Below are positions 50,124-60,783 of a stretch of DNA of 64,000 nucleotides, in pieces. The DNA is taken from NCBI GenBank assembly GCA_012519455.1, contig JAAYQE010000101.1:1636-65635 (forward strand), read 5' to 3'. Numbering within the stretch: the first letter of the stretch is position 1; each line of letters opens with the position of its first letter. Under the pieces are notes generated by a model. That model made no database searches, was not told where the DNA came from, and saw nothing but the letters and a program-made list of their open reading frames with translations. A program made the position numbers and the translations under genes. This DNA is from Syntrophomonadaceae bacterium. GTDB taxonomy: Bacteria > Bacillota > Ch66 > Ch109.

Positions 50124-50793
50124 CTTTAAAGGTAATCCGGGAACAGGCAAAACAACCGTTGCGCGTTTAGTGGGAAAACTATTCAAAGAAATAGGGGTGT
50201 TACAAAAGGGGCACCTAGTTGAAGTCGAACGCGCCGATCTAGTTGGCGAATACATCGGACACACCGCACAAAAAACACGGGACCAGGTAAAAAGGGCCCT
50301 TGGGGGTATCTTGTTTATAGATGAAGCCTATTCCTTAGCGCGAGGAGGAGAACGCGATTTTGGTAAGGAAAGCATCGATGCCTTAGTCAAATCCATGGAA
50401 GATCATAAGGAAAATTTAATTTTGATTTTAGCCGGATACCGTGATGAGATGGAAAGGTTTATTCAGAGTAATCCCGGGGTACGCTCACGTTTCCCCATCC
50501 AAATCGATTTTCCCGATTACACCGTGCATGAATTAATGCAGATCGCGGACCTCATGTTAAGCCAGCGTCAATACTGTCTTTCATCGGAAGCCCGGCTTGA
50601 ATTACAACGGATATTAGAAAAGCAGGTGCGGGAGGGAATGGGGCATAACGGTAATGCCCGTCTGGTGCGCAATCTAATTGAACGCGGGATCCGGCGCCAA
50701 GCGGTCCGCTTAATCAGTCAAAAGGAAATAAAGCGGGAGGACCTAGTTTTAATCCGGCGGCAAGACCTGGAACCCCATGCCGAAGACAGCTAA
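50124..50793 (+). CDS. spoVK: spoVK 3' segment (from the Walker A motif NPGTGKTT to the C-terminus)
   Basis: FKGNPGTGKTTVARLVGKLFKEIGVLQKGHLVEVERADLVGEYIGHTAQKTRD..., Walker B ILFIDEAY and a sensor region are all collinear with B. subtilis SpoVK. No start codon or RBS of its own at the junction. Confidence 0.85.
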
Positions 50794-50975
50794 GCAGTTG
50801 CAAAATATGTAACCATAGGCATCACCTCCCCTCGAAGGGAAGTGACCAACCGCCAAACGGCAACTCCTGTATTATGTTAGCATATTATCCAGGGGTTGTG
50901 AGCTCGGTTGACATTAATCTTGTATACATGATAAGGTTTAAGGTAATAAAAATCTAATTAGAAAGTTATACCTTC

Positions 50976-51923
50976 ATGAATTTACCATCACCATATCTAC
51001 AATTGGTTATTGCCACGATCATATGGGGTGGAAATTTTGTCGTCGGACGCGCCATAGCTGATCAATTACCGCCTTTTAGTTTGACGTTTTTCCGCTGGTG
51101 TACGGCTTTGCTTATTTTTTGGCCCTTTTGTCGCAAACAAATTAAAGCGGAAAAACCGATTATCCTAGCTAACTGGTGGTTTATTGCTGTAATGGCCCTT
51201 ACTGGCATCACCGGCTTTAATACTTTATTGTATTATGCGCTACGTTATACTACCTCCATCAACGCTTCTCTGGTTTTCGCGACTTCACCGATTATTATTA
51301 GTATCTTAGCGGCTGTTATTTTAAAGGAAAGACTGACCATGTACCATTTTTTGGGGGTAGGCCTAACTTTAGGCGGCGTCTTATATATTATTTCTAACGG
51401 TTCCTTGAGCACTCTAATTAATTTTACTTTTAATTTAGGGGACCTAATGGTCATTATCGCCGTAATCTCCTGGGGCTTCTATTCAATTGCCGTTCGAAGC
51501 GCCAGGCAGTTACCGCTTTTTAGCTCTTTTGCTTATTCCATTATCTTTAGTCTACCTTTAATCACTCCTCTTTTCCTCTGGGAAATGAACTGGAGCGATA
51601 AAGTAATAGTTTGGTCGTGGGCTTCGGTAGCTGCTATCCTTTATGTAGGAATTATGGCCTCCATTGTGGCTTTCATTTTATGGAATGCAGCGGTTTCCCG
51701 ATTAGGGCCGGCCCGATCTAGTATATTTTTAAACTTAGTCCCGGTATTTGCCTCTGTTTTTGCCATTTTATTTAATAATGAAACTTTAGCGCCCTATCAA
51801 TTAATCGGTGGATTAGTGGTCATCATAGGCGTTTATATCTCTACGGATACTAAAAAAATGAAGCGTATCCGAAGAAGATGGTCCGGATTTAGGAAGGGAG
51901 GGGACGCTCTACGGAAGAATTAA
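50976..51923 (+). CDS. EamA/DMT-family transporter
   Basis: 10-TM protein with two EamA repeats. Confidence 0.8.
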   Translation: MNLPSPYLQLVIATIIWGGNFVVGRAIADQLPPFSLTFFRWCTALLIFWPFCRKQIKAEKPIILANWWFIAVMALTGITGFNTLLYYALRYTTSINASLVFATSPIIISILAAVILKERLTMYHFLGVGLTLGGVLYIISNGSLSTLINFTFNLGDLMVIIAVISWGFYSIAVRSARQLPLFSSFAYSIIFSLPLITPLFLWEMNWSDKVIVWSWASVAAILYVGIMASIVAFILWNAAVSRLGPARSSIFLNLVPVFASVFAILFNNETLAPYQLIGGLVVIIGVYISTDTKKMKRIRRRWSGFRKGGDALRKN

Positions 51924-51952
51924 ACCAGGAACAAAAAGAAAAAGCCATCTTA

Positions 51953-53197
51953 GTGGGGCTGGAAAACCCTAACGAACCCGATGCTTTTTTATCGCTCCAT
52001 GAACTGGGCCGACTGGTGGAAACCGCCGGGGCCGAAGTAATTGGCCAGTTAATCCAGAAACGCGAGCAGCCGGATCGTGGTTATTATTTAGGTCGAGGTA
52101 AAGTCCGTGAATTACAGGAAAAAATAAACGACCTAGAGGCTAATCTAGTCATTTGCAATGATGAATTGACGCCTACCCAACTACGTAATCTAGAAAATTT
52201 TTTAGCTTGCCGCATACTCGATCGTACCAGCGTGATTTTGGATATTTTTGCCCAACAAGCCCGTACGCGAGAGGGAAAGCTGCAGGTCGAACTGGCGCAG
52301 CTGCGTTACCTGTTACCCCGTTTAACCGGTAAAGGGGTGGCGCTTTCTCGTCTAGGGGGAGGAATTGGTACCCGTGGGCCAGGGGAAACCAAATTAGAAA
52401 CTGACCGGCGGCATATCCGTCGTCGGATCCGTTACTTGGAGAAAGAAATGGAAACCGTGCGACAGCGGCGCCGCTTACGCCGAGAGCGCCAGGAGCTGAT
52501 CGGCTTACCGGTGGTTGCTCTGGTTGGGTATACGAATGCCGGCAAAAGTACGCTGCTTAATTGCCTGACCCAGGCTGGGGCCCTGGCTGAAGATCGCTTA
52601 TTCTCGACTTTAGATACTTTAAGCCGTATCGTTAAATTACCTGATGGCCGCTCCGTTTTAATTAGCGATACAGTAGGTTTCATCCAGAAATTACCTCATC
52701 ACCTGGTGGCCGCTTTTCGGGCTACCCTGGAAGAAGTACAGGAGTCGGAACTGATTTTGCATGTACTCGATTTGAGCAACCCGGAAGTAGAAAAGCAAAA
52801 AGAAGCGGTAGAGCAGGTACTAAAAGAAATCGGAGCAGACGCCAATCCGATCCTTTTGGTATATAATAAAATTGATCAGATCAATGAGGAACAACGCGCT
52901 TGGTTAACGCTGGGCGAAACTAGGCCTAACGTAATGATTTCCGCCCGCGAAGGGATAGGGATTACGGCATTATTAGAAGCTATAACCCGTCATCTTCCCC
53001 GGCCGGGAACGGAGATGGAGCTGTTAATCCCCATAACGGAAACGAGGCTTTTATCCTTATTACATGAAAACGGCCAGGTTTTCAAAGAAGATTACCAAGA
53101 AGACCATGTCACTGTAACTGCCTGGGTGGAGCCTCAAATATGGAAACAGTTAGAACCTTATGTAATAAAAGGAACCTTAATCCCAGAAAGTAGGTAG
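51953..53197 (+). CDS. hflX: GTPase HflX
   Basis: HflX N-domain. G-domain with GYTNAGKSTLLN, DTVGF and NKID motifs. Confidence 0.9.
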   Translation: MGLENPNEPDAFLSLHELGRLVETAGAEVIGQLIQKREQPDRGYYLGRGKVRELQEKINDLEANLVICNDELTPTQLRNLENFLACRILDRTSVILDIFAQQARTREGKLQVELAQLRYLLPRLTGKGVALSRLGGGIGTRGPGETKLETDRRHIRRRIRYLEKEMETVRQRRRLRRERQELIGLPVVALVGYTNAGKSTLLNCLTQAGALAEDRLFSTLDTLSRIVKLPDGRSVLISDTVGFIQKLPHHLVAAFRATLEEVQESELILHVLDLSNPEVEKQKEAVEQVLKEIGADANPILLVYNKIDQINEEQRAWLTLGETRPNVMISAREGIGITALLEAITRHLPRPGTEMELLIPITETRLLSLLHENGQVFKEDYQEDHVTVTAWVEPQIWKQLEPYVIKGTLIPESR

Positions 53198-53205
53198 AAA
53201 AAAGC

Positions 53206-54522
53206 ATGGAAGCGATGGAAGCAGCACCCCCACTCGTAAAGATGATGCAAGACGATTATGGTCTTTCTATTGATTTAATTCAACTGGCGGAACAAGTCGA
53301 AGCCGAGATTCAAGCTGGGGAAGCTAGAATTCGGACCACGGTCCGTTTAAATCAACTGCGGGTATTACAGGCCTTTCGGGAAGTAGGTATTACCGAATAC
53401 CATTTAAAAGACTCAACCGGTTATGGTTATGGTGATTTAGGACGAGAAGGCTTAGACCAGGTTTACGCCCGGGTTTTCGGGGGCGAAGCTGGTTTAGTGC
53501 GCTTACAGATGGTATCTGGAACCCACGCCCTGGCCGTAGCCCTTTATGGCAACCTGCGGGCCGGGGACGAACTAATTTCCGTTACCGGGGCCCCTTATGA
53601 TACGTTAAATGAAATTATTGGGGTTAAGGAGGAAAACCCGGTACCCGGTTCCCTAACGGAGCTAGGCGTCCTTTACCGTGAACTGGCCTTGACTCCAGAA
53701 GGTAAACCAGATCTAGCCGCCCTAAGCCGCAATGTCAACGCCCAAACCAAAATGGTCTATATCCAACGTTCCAGCGGATATAGCTGGAGGCCGGCGCTTA
53801 CCATAGAAGAAATGGAAACCTTAATCAAGGTAGTTAAATCAATTAATCCAGGTGCTTTAGTCCTCGTAGATAACTGTTACGGAGAATTTGTGCAAGACCG
53901 CGAACCAGGGATGGTTGGCGCTGATTTAACCGTTGGGTCTCTAATTAAGAACCCAGGGGGAGGGCTGGCCCCTAGTGGGGGTTATATTGTCGGAGGGGAA
54001 GAGTGGGTAGAAGCTGCGGCTCAGCGTTTAACGGCTCCCGGCATTGGGGCCCACGTGGGGGCTACCCTGGGGGTTAATCGCTGGTTTTATCAAGGTTTAT
54101 TTCTGGCCCCGCAGGTAGTAGGCGAAGCTTTACGCGGCGCGCTTTTTGCTTCCCGACTTTTTCAAAAACTAGGTTACGCGGTTCAGCCTTTAGCCGAAGA
54201 GCTTCGGGGAGATATCATTCAAGCTATCCGTTTGAATACCCCGGAAGCCCTAAACCGATTTTGTCAAGCCATTCAGCGTTGTTCGCCGATTGATTCTATG
54301 GCGGTACCGATTTTCGATGAATTACCCGGGTATGAGCATCAAGTCATCATGGCGGCTGGAACCTTTGTGCAAGGAGCCTCTATAGAATTAAGTGCTGATG
54401 CGCCGCTGCGTCCGCCTTATATTGCCTATTTACAAGGTGGACTAACTTATGAACACGCTCGGATCGCCACTTTAACCGCGGCCCAAGCCCTTCTGGATAC
54501 TAAAGGAGAAGTGCTTAAATGA
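53206..54522 (+). CDS. YnbB / aluminium-resistance-protein family (Met-gamma-lyase-like PLP fold)
   Basis: Family pattern, plus the conserved hflX-ynbB synteny of Firmicutes. Confidence 0.7.
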   Translation: MEAMEAAPPLVKMMQDDYGLSIDLIQLAEQVEAEIQAGEARIRTTVRLNQLRVLQAFREVGITEYHLKDSTGYGYGDLGREGLDQVYARVFGGEAGLVRLQMVSGTHALAVALYGNLRAGDELISVTGAPYDTLNEIIGVKEENPVPGSLTELGVLYRELALTPEGKPDLAALSRNVNAQTKMVYIQRSSGYSWRPALTIEEMETLIKVVKSINPGALVLVDNCYGEFVQDREPGMVGADLTVGSLIKNPGGGLAPSGGYIVGGEEWVEAAAQRLTAPGIGAHVGATLGVNRWFYQGLFLAPQVVGEALRGALFASRLFQKLGYAVQPLAEELRGDIIQAIRLNTPEALNRFCQAIQRCSPIDSMAVPIFDELPGYEHQVIMAAGTFVQGASIELSADAPLRPPYIAYLQGGLTYEHARIATLTAAQALLDTKGEVLK

Positions 54523-55004
54523 TTGGATTAGACTGGAAACTAGGGGTTACGCTACTGCTCATGCTCATCGGCCTAGCCGGTACGCTTTTACCCCTACTGC
54601 CCGGGATTCCCCTGATTTTTTTAGCCATGCTTGGTTATGATTGGTCCACCGGCTTCCAAGTCTTAGGGCCTTATTTTTTAGTTACCATGTTTTTGTTAAC
54701 CCTTATAAGTATACTAGCGGAATATTTATCCGGGGTTATAGGCGCACAAAAATACGGCGCTTCTAAACTAGGAAAAGCCGGGGCTTTATTGGGAGGCCTT
54801 GCCGGCCTTATCGCGGCTGGACCCCTAGGGCTGATCCTAGGCCCCTTGTTAGGGGTAATGGCCGGTGAATTATTGACCGGCAAAAATCCGTCCGAAGCAG
54901 CGCTAAGCGGATGGGGCACTTTCCTAGGCTTACTCGCCGGAATCATGGCCCGGCTTGCGATTGCCTCAATCATGTTCATTGCCTTTTTGATTAAACTATT
55001 TTAA
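54519..55004 (+). CDS. DUF456-family membrane protein
   Basis: Gly-rich repeated TM segments. 4-nt overlap with the upstream gene. Confidence 0.55.
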   Translation: MIGLDWKLGVTLLLMLIGLAGTLLPLLPGIPLIFLAMLGYDWSTGFQVLGPYFLVTMFLLTLISILAEYLSGVIGAQKYGASKLGKAGALLGGLAGLIAAGPLGLILGPLLGVMAGELLTGKNPSEAALSGWGTFLGLLAGIMARLAIASIMFIAFLIKLF

Positions 55005-55050
55005 TAAATCATTTTATTAAACCATTTTTAAAAATTATTTTAAAGAGAAC

Positions 55051-55659
55051 TTAATGAATCCGACGCACCAATCCGACTACTTTACCTAAAATGGTGACCT
55101 CACGCGTTAATATGGGATCAAGCTGAGGGTTTTCGGGTTGTAGACGAACATGATCTGCTTCCCGATAAAAACGTTTAACCGTTGCCTCATCTTCAAGCAG
55201 CGCCACTACGATATCCCCATTTTGGGCTGAATTCTGGCGTCGGATAACCACATAGTCGCCATCCAAAATGCCCGCCCCGATCATACTCTCGCCCTGAATC
55301 CGCAGCATAAAAGATTCTTCTTCCCCTACAAAATCCAAAGGTAAGGAAAAAACATCCTCAACATTTTCCGTCGCTAAAATTGGCGTACCCGCAGTAACTT
55401 TTCCTACAATGGGCAGGTTAACCATTTCTTTAACCGGCGCAAAATTATTATGCAGGATTTCAATGGCGCGGGGTTTAGTTGGGTCCCGTCGGATATAACC
55501 GTATTTCTCTAGTTGGCGTAAATGCCCATGTACCGTAGAACTAGAATGTAAGCCTACTGCTTGGCCAATTTCCCGTACGGATGGAGGATAACCTTTAGTG
55601 CGCGTTTGCTTTTTAATAAAATTGAGGATCGCTTCTTGCCGTGGTGATATATCCTTCAT
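55051..55659 (-). CDS. lexA: LexA repressor
   Basis: Winged-HTH N-terminus. A-G cleavage site region. S24 peptidase Ser/Lys (GESM...[10 protein letters not shown]). Confidence 0.9.
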   Translation of the reverse strand: MKDISPRQEAILNFIKKQTRTKGYPPSVREIGQAVGLHSSSTVHGHLRQLEKYGYIRRDPTKPRAIEILHNNFAPVKEMVNLPIVGKVTAGTPILATENVEDVFSLPLDFVGEEESFMLRIQGESMIGAGILDGDYVVIRRQNSAQNGDIVVALLEDEATVKRFYREADHVRLQPENPQLDPILTREVTILGKVVGLVRRIH

Positions 55660-55717
55660 GGTTCCAGCCCCTTCCCGATGATATTCACCATTTATTATAG
55701 CATACTTTAGCCTAAAT

Positions 55718-55730
55718 AAAACATTTGTTC
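55718..55730 (-). promoter_or_regulatory. LexA (Cheo-like) box in the lexA promoter
   Basis: On the lexA strand: GAACAAATGTTT, overlapping the -35 region upstream of TGCTATAAT (an extended -10). Confidence 0.5.
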
Positions 55731-56462
55731 TTAAATCCAGAACTGATTAATCTCCACATTTTGTAACGAACCGAGCAGCCGCGAAAACACCCCGGGTATT
55801 TTATCTTCTAAATCCGCGAGTATTTCCTTTACTTCCTGGCGTTTCGTTATGCCGCTGGCCGGACAGGTGTTTTTTACGATGGGCAAGTTGAGCGTAGTTA
55901 CAGCTTCCTCAATCACGGCTTCGCGAATATATACCAAAGGACGGATCACCCACAAATCCTGACGGCTCATGTAGGTACTGGGGCGAAAAGTAGTCAGGCG
56001 CCCGGTATAAAACATGCTCATTAATAAGGTAATCACCGCATCATCGGCATGGTGCGCCAGGGCTATTTTATTACAATGCAGCTGCCGGGCTAGATTGTTT
56101 AAAGCCCCACGACGCAAACGAGCACATAAAGAACAAGGATTTTTTTCCTTACGTTCTTCGAAGATTAGGTGACCCATATTCGTGTACTCGATATGCAAAG
56201 GAATTTGAAGTTGACGACAAAATTGATCCAGGGCGGAGTAATCCAAACCCCAACCCATATCTAAGGTTATAGCGGTTAAGTGAAAATCTACCGGCGCTTT
56301 CTTTTGTAAGCGGGCTAATAACCACAGGAGGATAACACTATCTTTGCCGCCCGATAAACCGATGGCGATGCGGTCGCCATCCTGAATTAAATTGAAGTCA
56401 CCAATGGCCTGCCCTAATTTTTGCTCCAGAGCATAGCGAAAACGGGTTTTAGTTTTAGGCAT
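55731..56462 (-). CDS. PP-loop ATPase, tRNA 2-thiocytidine synthetase TtcA-like
   Basis: SGGKDS PP-loop and CSLC Cys motif. Confidence 0.7.
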   Translation of the reverse strand: MPKTKTRFRYALEQKLGQAIGDFNLIQDGDRIAIGLSGGKDSVILLWLLARLQKKAPVDFHLTAITLDMGWGLDYSALDQFCRQLQIPLHIEYTNMGHLIFEERKEKNPCSLCARLRRGALNNLARQLHCNKIALAHHADDAVITLLMSMFYTGRLTTFRPSTYMSRQDLWVIRPLVYIREAVIEEAVTTLNLPIVKNTCPASGITKRQEVKEILADLEDKIPGVFSRLLGSLQNVEINQFWI

Positions 56463-56703
56463 GGCTTTTCCCCTTTATAATCAAACTTACCCTTCAAATT
56501 TATCAAATATCGGTCGGTAGGGCAATTAAAGTAGGGCCATTAAATGGGACCATGAAGCGAAAAAGAGCCGATTAAAGATACAGGTTAGACCATCCCAGCT
56601 TGAATAGCGATATTGATTGGAGTAAAATGAGCTCAAGCCTTGAGATTATATTATTCCATCGATGCAAGGGATAAAGTTAAATTATATAGGGGTGGTAGTT
56701 TAA

Positions 56704-57792
56704 TTGTTAGCGTGTGGAATTATTGGCTTGCCCATGGTAGGAAAAACTACATTTTTTAATTTATTAACCCAGACCCAAGCTGAAACCTCCAATTTTTATT
56801 CTGGACGCACCGAAGCTAATCAAGCCGCGGCCATTATTCCTGATGCCAGAATCGATTTTCTTTCGGACTTATATCGTCCGCGCCGCACCCTTTACGCTCA
56901 ACTGGAAATTATCGACGTGGCCGGTCTCGTTCGCGGATCAAGTCAAGGTCAAGGAACCGGTAATGCTTTTCTTACCGAAATACGCAATACCGATGCCCTG
57001 ATCCATGTCGTACGCGTATTTGAGAATACGGAAGTGGCGCATGTAGAGGATTCCATTGATCCGCTGCGCGATTTAGAAACGATCAACTTAGAATTATTGA
57101 TGGCTGATCTGGAAATGGTAGAAAAGCGAATCCAGCGCATCCATCAAGGCAAGAAAAAAGCCGAACAATTGAAGGAATTAGCGGTTCTAGAAAAGATTCA
57201 AGCCGGTCTGGAAGCAGAGCAAACCATTCATAGCTTAGAACTGACCGAGGAAGAGGCGCTTTTACTGCGCTCGTTTGCCTTTCTGACGGAAAAACCCATG
57301 ATTCTAGTCGTAAATATGGATGAAGAGCAATTTAGAAATAATCGTTATCCACAAAAAGAAGAGTTAATCGCCTATAGCCAGGAAAAAGGAATACCCCTTT
57401 TAGAAATTTGTGCCAAACTAGAAATGGAAATCAGTGAACTTGAAGCGGCCGATCAAGCCGATTTTATGGCTGATTTAGGCATAAAAGAGCCGGGAATCCA
57501 TAGCGTCGCCCGGGCCATGTACCAAAGTCTAGGTTTAATCTCCTTTATCACCGTAGGGGAAGATGAGGTACGCGCCTGGACTATCGAAGAAAACACGCCA
57601 GCCAAAGCGGCGGCCGGTAAAATCCATTCTGATATTGAACGCGGTTTCATTCGGGCCGAGGTAGTTAAGTATGAAGTCTTGCACGAACTAGGATCAATGG
57701 CCCGCGTTAAAGAAAAAGGCTTGTTTCGCTTAGAAGGAAAAGATTACCAGGTGAAGGATGGAGATATAATCAATTTTCGCTTTAATGTATAA
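56704..57792 (+). CDS. ychF: ribosome-binding ATPase YchF
   Basis: G1 motif GLPMVGKTT. C-terminal TGS domain. Confidence 0.9.
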   Translation: MLACGIIGLPMVGKTTFFNLLTQTQAETSNFYSGRTEANQAAAIIPDARIDFLSDLYRPRRTLYAQLEIIDVAGLVRGSSQGQGTGNAFLTEIRNTDALIHVVRVFENTEVAHVEDSIDPLRDLETINLELLMADLEMVEKRIQRIHQGKKKAEQLKELAVLEKIQAGLEAEQTIHSLELTEEEALLLRSFAFLTEKPMILVVNMDEEQFRNNRYPQKEELIAYSQEKGIPLLEICAKLEMEISELEAADQADFMADLGIKEPGIHSVARAMYQSLGLISFITVGEDEVRAWTIEENTPAKAAAGKIHSDIERGFIRAEVVKYEVLHELGSMARVKEKGLFRLEGKDYQVKDGDIINFRFNV

Positions 57793-57921
57793 TGACCGAA
57801 GGATAATAATCGAAGTATAATAATGGATCAGGGCATCGGTATCGAAGTATAAGGGTCGAACAGCTTAACTTAACTAGACCAAATATTACGGTCAGAAACC
57901 AGGAGGGTTACGAAAAAGGCC

Positions 57922-59274
57922 ATGCAGGTAATTATTGTGGGAGCAGGTAAAGTCGGTTTTAATCTGGCTCAAATGCTTTCCTCTGAACATGATGTGTTGG
58001 TGATTGAGAAAAATGATGAAAGACGAGAAATTATTGGGGAACTTTTGGATATCCAGACGTTAAATGGTAATGGAGCTAGTCCAGCCGTACTCCGAGAGGC
58101 AAATATCCGCGGGGCCGATATGCTGATCGCGGTTACAGAGATGGACGAAATAAATATGGTCGCCTGTATGGTTGCTAAACAGTTTGGCGTTCCAAGAACA
58201 GTGGCTCGAGTACGCAATCCGGAGTATACGGAGGGGCCGCATACCGATATTTCCTATGCCAATTTAGGCATTGATATGGTGATCAACCCCGAGCAAGTTA
58301 CAGCCCGAGAGATTGCCAAATTGATTGAAGTCCCGGAAGCCTTAAACGTTGAATATTACGCTGAGGGACGCATTCAAATGGTCGAAGTAAAAATTGGGCC
58401 CCAGGCCCCGGTAATCGGAAAAAAGCTAAAGGAATTAAATATCCCTAACCAATGCTTAATTGCCTGCATTTTAAGAAATAACAGTATGACCGTAGCCCGG
58501 GGTGAAGACATGATTCAAAACGGTGATCTAGTTTTTATTATTGTCCGCACCCGCGATACGGTAATGGTAGAAAAAATTATCGGAAAACAAATGGGGCGAA
58601 CCAGAAGTATAACCATTCTGGGCGCAGGAAGAACGAGTTATTATTTAACCGATTACTTACTGAAAAAGAAATTTGATTCGGTAAAAGTTATTGAGAAGGA
58701 CCGAACGATGGCTAAGTATTTTGCGCAACGCATGCCAGAAGCCCTGATAATTAACGGTGATGGTACGGATCCAGCCTTATTAAACGAAGAAAACATTGGT
58801 AAATCAGACGTATTTGTGGCCATAACTGACGACGACAAAATTAATTTATTAGTATCGCTTTTAGCCAAAAATTTGGGCGTAAAAAAGACCATAACCCAGG
58901 TTCGACGCTCTGATTACTCTACCCTGATCGAACAGGTAGGCATAGACATTGCGATTAGTCCCCGTTTACTTACCGCGGAAGCTATTTTGCGTTTCATTCG
59001 GCGGGGAAATATCGTATCTGTTACGCTGTTAGAAGGAGATAAAGCCGAAGTACTAGAATTAATTGTACCGTTCAGGTCCCGGGTAGCTAACCGATCGTTA
59101 AGACAAATTAATCTTCCGATGGGGACCCTGGTCGGAGCTATTCGACGCAAAGACGAAGTAATCATTCCGCGGGGCAGCGATATTATCAAACCCGGGGATC
59201 AGGTGATGGTTTTTACCCTGCCCCAGTATGTGAGTACGATAGAGAAGTTTTTCCAAAATAACGGAGGCAAATAA
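57922..59274 (+). CDS. trkA: Trk potassium uptake protein TrkA (two RCK/NAD-binding domains)
   Basis: IIVGAGKVG and ILGAGRTS Rossmann motifs. Confidence 0.85.
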   Translation: MQVIIVGAGKVGFNLAQMLSSEHDVLVIEKNDERREIIGELLDIQTLNGNGASPAVLREANIRGADMLIAVTEMDEINMVACMVAKQFGVPRTVARVRNPEYTEGPHTDISYANLGIDMVINPEQVTAREIAKLIEVPEALNVEYYAEGRIQMVEVKIGPQAPVIGKKLKELNIPNQCLIACILRNNSMTVARGEDMIQNGDLVFIIVRTRDTVMVEKIIGKQMGRTRSITILGAGRTSYYLTDYLLKKKFDSVKVIEKDRTMAKYFAQRMPEALIINGDGTDPALLNEENIGKSDVFVAITDDDKINLLVSLLAKNLGVKKTITQVRRSDYSTLIEQVGIDIAISPRLLTAEAILRFIRRGNIVSVTLLEGDKAEVLELIVPFRSRVANRSLRQINLPMGTLVGAIRRKDEVIIPRGSDIIKPGDQVMVFTLPQYVSTIEKFFQNNGGK

Positions 59275-59279
59275 GGGAC

Positions 59280-60725
59280 GTGAACTATCGGTTAGTAATT
59301 TCTTATCTAGGAAAATTTTTAGTTATTATCGGGATATGTATGCTACTGCCGATTCCTTGGGCAATATACTACCGGGAGAACTTATTACCTCTACTTTTCG
59401 CCAGTTTGATTACGGTTGCTCTAGGATTATTAATGGACCATTGCTTTAACCAACAAGAAGACAAAGGCCTCATCCGATACCGGGAAGCGTTTGCCCTGGT
59501 GACCTTGGGCTGGATTTTAGCCTCAGCCTTCGGTTCCCTTCCCTATCTCTTTTCCGGTACCATTGATAGCCTGGCTAATGCTTATTACGAAACGATGTCG
59601 GGATTTACTACTACCGGGGCTAGCATTTTAACTAATGTGGAAGTAATACCGAAGAGTATCTTATTCTGGCGCAGCCTCACCCACTGGTTGGGAGGAATGG
59701 GGATTATCGTCTTGCTGGTTGCTTTGTTATCGCAGCTAGGCGTAGGGGCCAATCAGATTTTTCGGGCCGAGGTACCCGGAACGGGAGTCGAGAAAATCAC
59801 CCCCCGGGTAGCGGAGACCGCACGGATTCTCTGGCTAACCTATGTGATTATGTCCCTTATCCTTGCCGTTTTATTATGGCTAGCCGGAATGAACTTATTT
59901 GACTCCCTCTGTCACACCTTTGCAACCATGGCTACAGGTGGATTCTCTACGCGGAATCTAAGTGTCGGGTATTACAACCCTACCATCCAGTGGATCATTA
60001 CGGTGTTTATGTTTTTAGCGGGAGCCAATTTCGCCCTTTATTTCCAAGCTTTACGGGGTAGAACGCTGCGCGGCTTTTGGAAAGATCCGGAATTTAAACT
60101 ATACGCAGCTATCGTCCTAATTGCCACCCTGATGGTGGCCTTTACCATACGTGATCTATACCCGTTTGGAGAACCGTTAATTCGCACCTCTCTCTTTCAA
60201 GTCGTCAGTATTATTACTACGACCGGTTACGCTTCGGTGGATTTTGGGGTTTGGGCTCCCACCGGCCAGTTAATATTGCTGTTATTGATGTTTATCGGTG
60301 GATGTAGCGGATCGACCTCTGGCTCGGTTAAGGTGGGACGCTTGCGGATCATTCTGAAACAAGCTGCGAATGAGTTGAAACGCCTCATCCATCCCGGCGG
60401 CGTGTTTACCCTGCGTTTTGGTGACCGGACCATAACGGATGAAGTCTGCATTAATGTGCTGCAGTTTTTTTCCCTATACATTCTAATTTTTACTGGAGCC
60501 TCCGTCTTATTAACTAGCATGGGTATTGACTATCTAACTGCCTTCACCGCGGTAGCTTCAAACCTGGGGAATGTAGGGCCGGGATTGGGAACGATTGGTC
60601 CGGCCGGCAATTATTCCGCCCTTCCCGATGCGGCTAAATGGTTACTCAGTTTAGTAATGCTCCTCGGTCGGTTGGAAATCTTTACCGTGCTGGTCCTGAT
60701 TTCACCGGCTTTTTGGCGGAGATAA
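59280..60725 (+). CDS. trkH: Trk potassium uptake permease TrkH
   Basis: Polytopic protein with repeated selectivity-filter-like GG segments (MSGFTTTGAS). Confidence 0.85.
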   Translation: MNYRLVISYLGKFLVIIGICMLLPIPWAIYYRENLLPLLFASLITVALGLLMDHCFNQQEDKGLIRYREAFALVTLGWILASAFGSLPYLFSGTIDSLANAYYETMSGFTTTGASILTNVEVIPKSILFWRSLTHWLGGMGIIVLLVALLSQLGVGANQIFRAEVPGTGVEKITPRVAETARILWLTYVIMSLILAVLLWLAGMNLFDSLCHTFATMATGGFSTRNLSVGYYNPTIQWIITVFMFLAGANFALYFQALRGRTLRGFWKDPEFKLYAAIVLIATLMVAFTIRDLYPFGEPLIRTSLFQVVSIITTTGYASVDFGVWAPTGQLILLLLMFIGGCSGSTSGSVKVGRLRIILKQAANELKRLIHPGGVFTLRFGDRTITDEVCINVLQFFSLYILIFTGASVLLTSMGIDYLTAFTAVASNLGNVGPGLGTIGPAGNYSALPDAAKWLLSLVMLLGRLEIFTVLVLISPAFWRR

Positions 60726-60783
60726 AGATAAACCAGATGTATGAAGAAAAAAACATTAGTCAGACAGGGGGATATATATTTTA

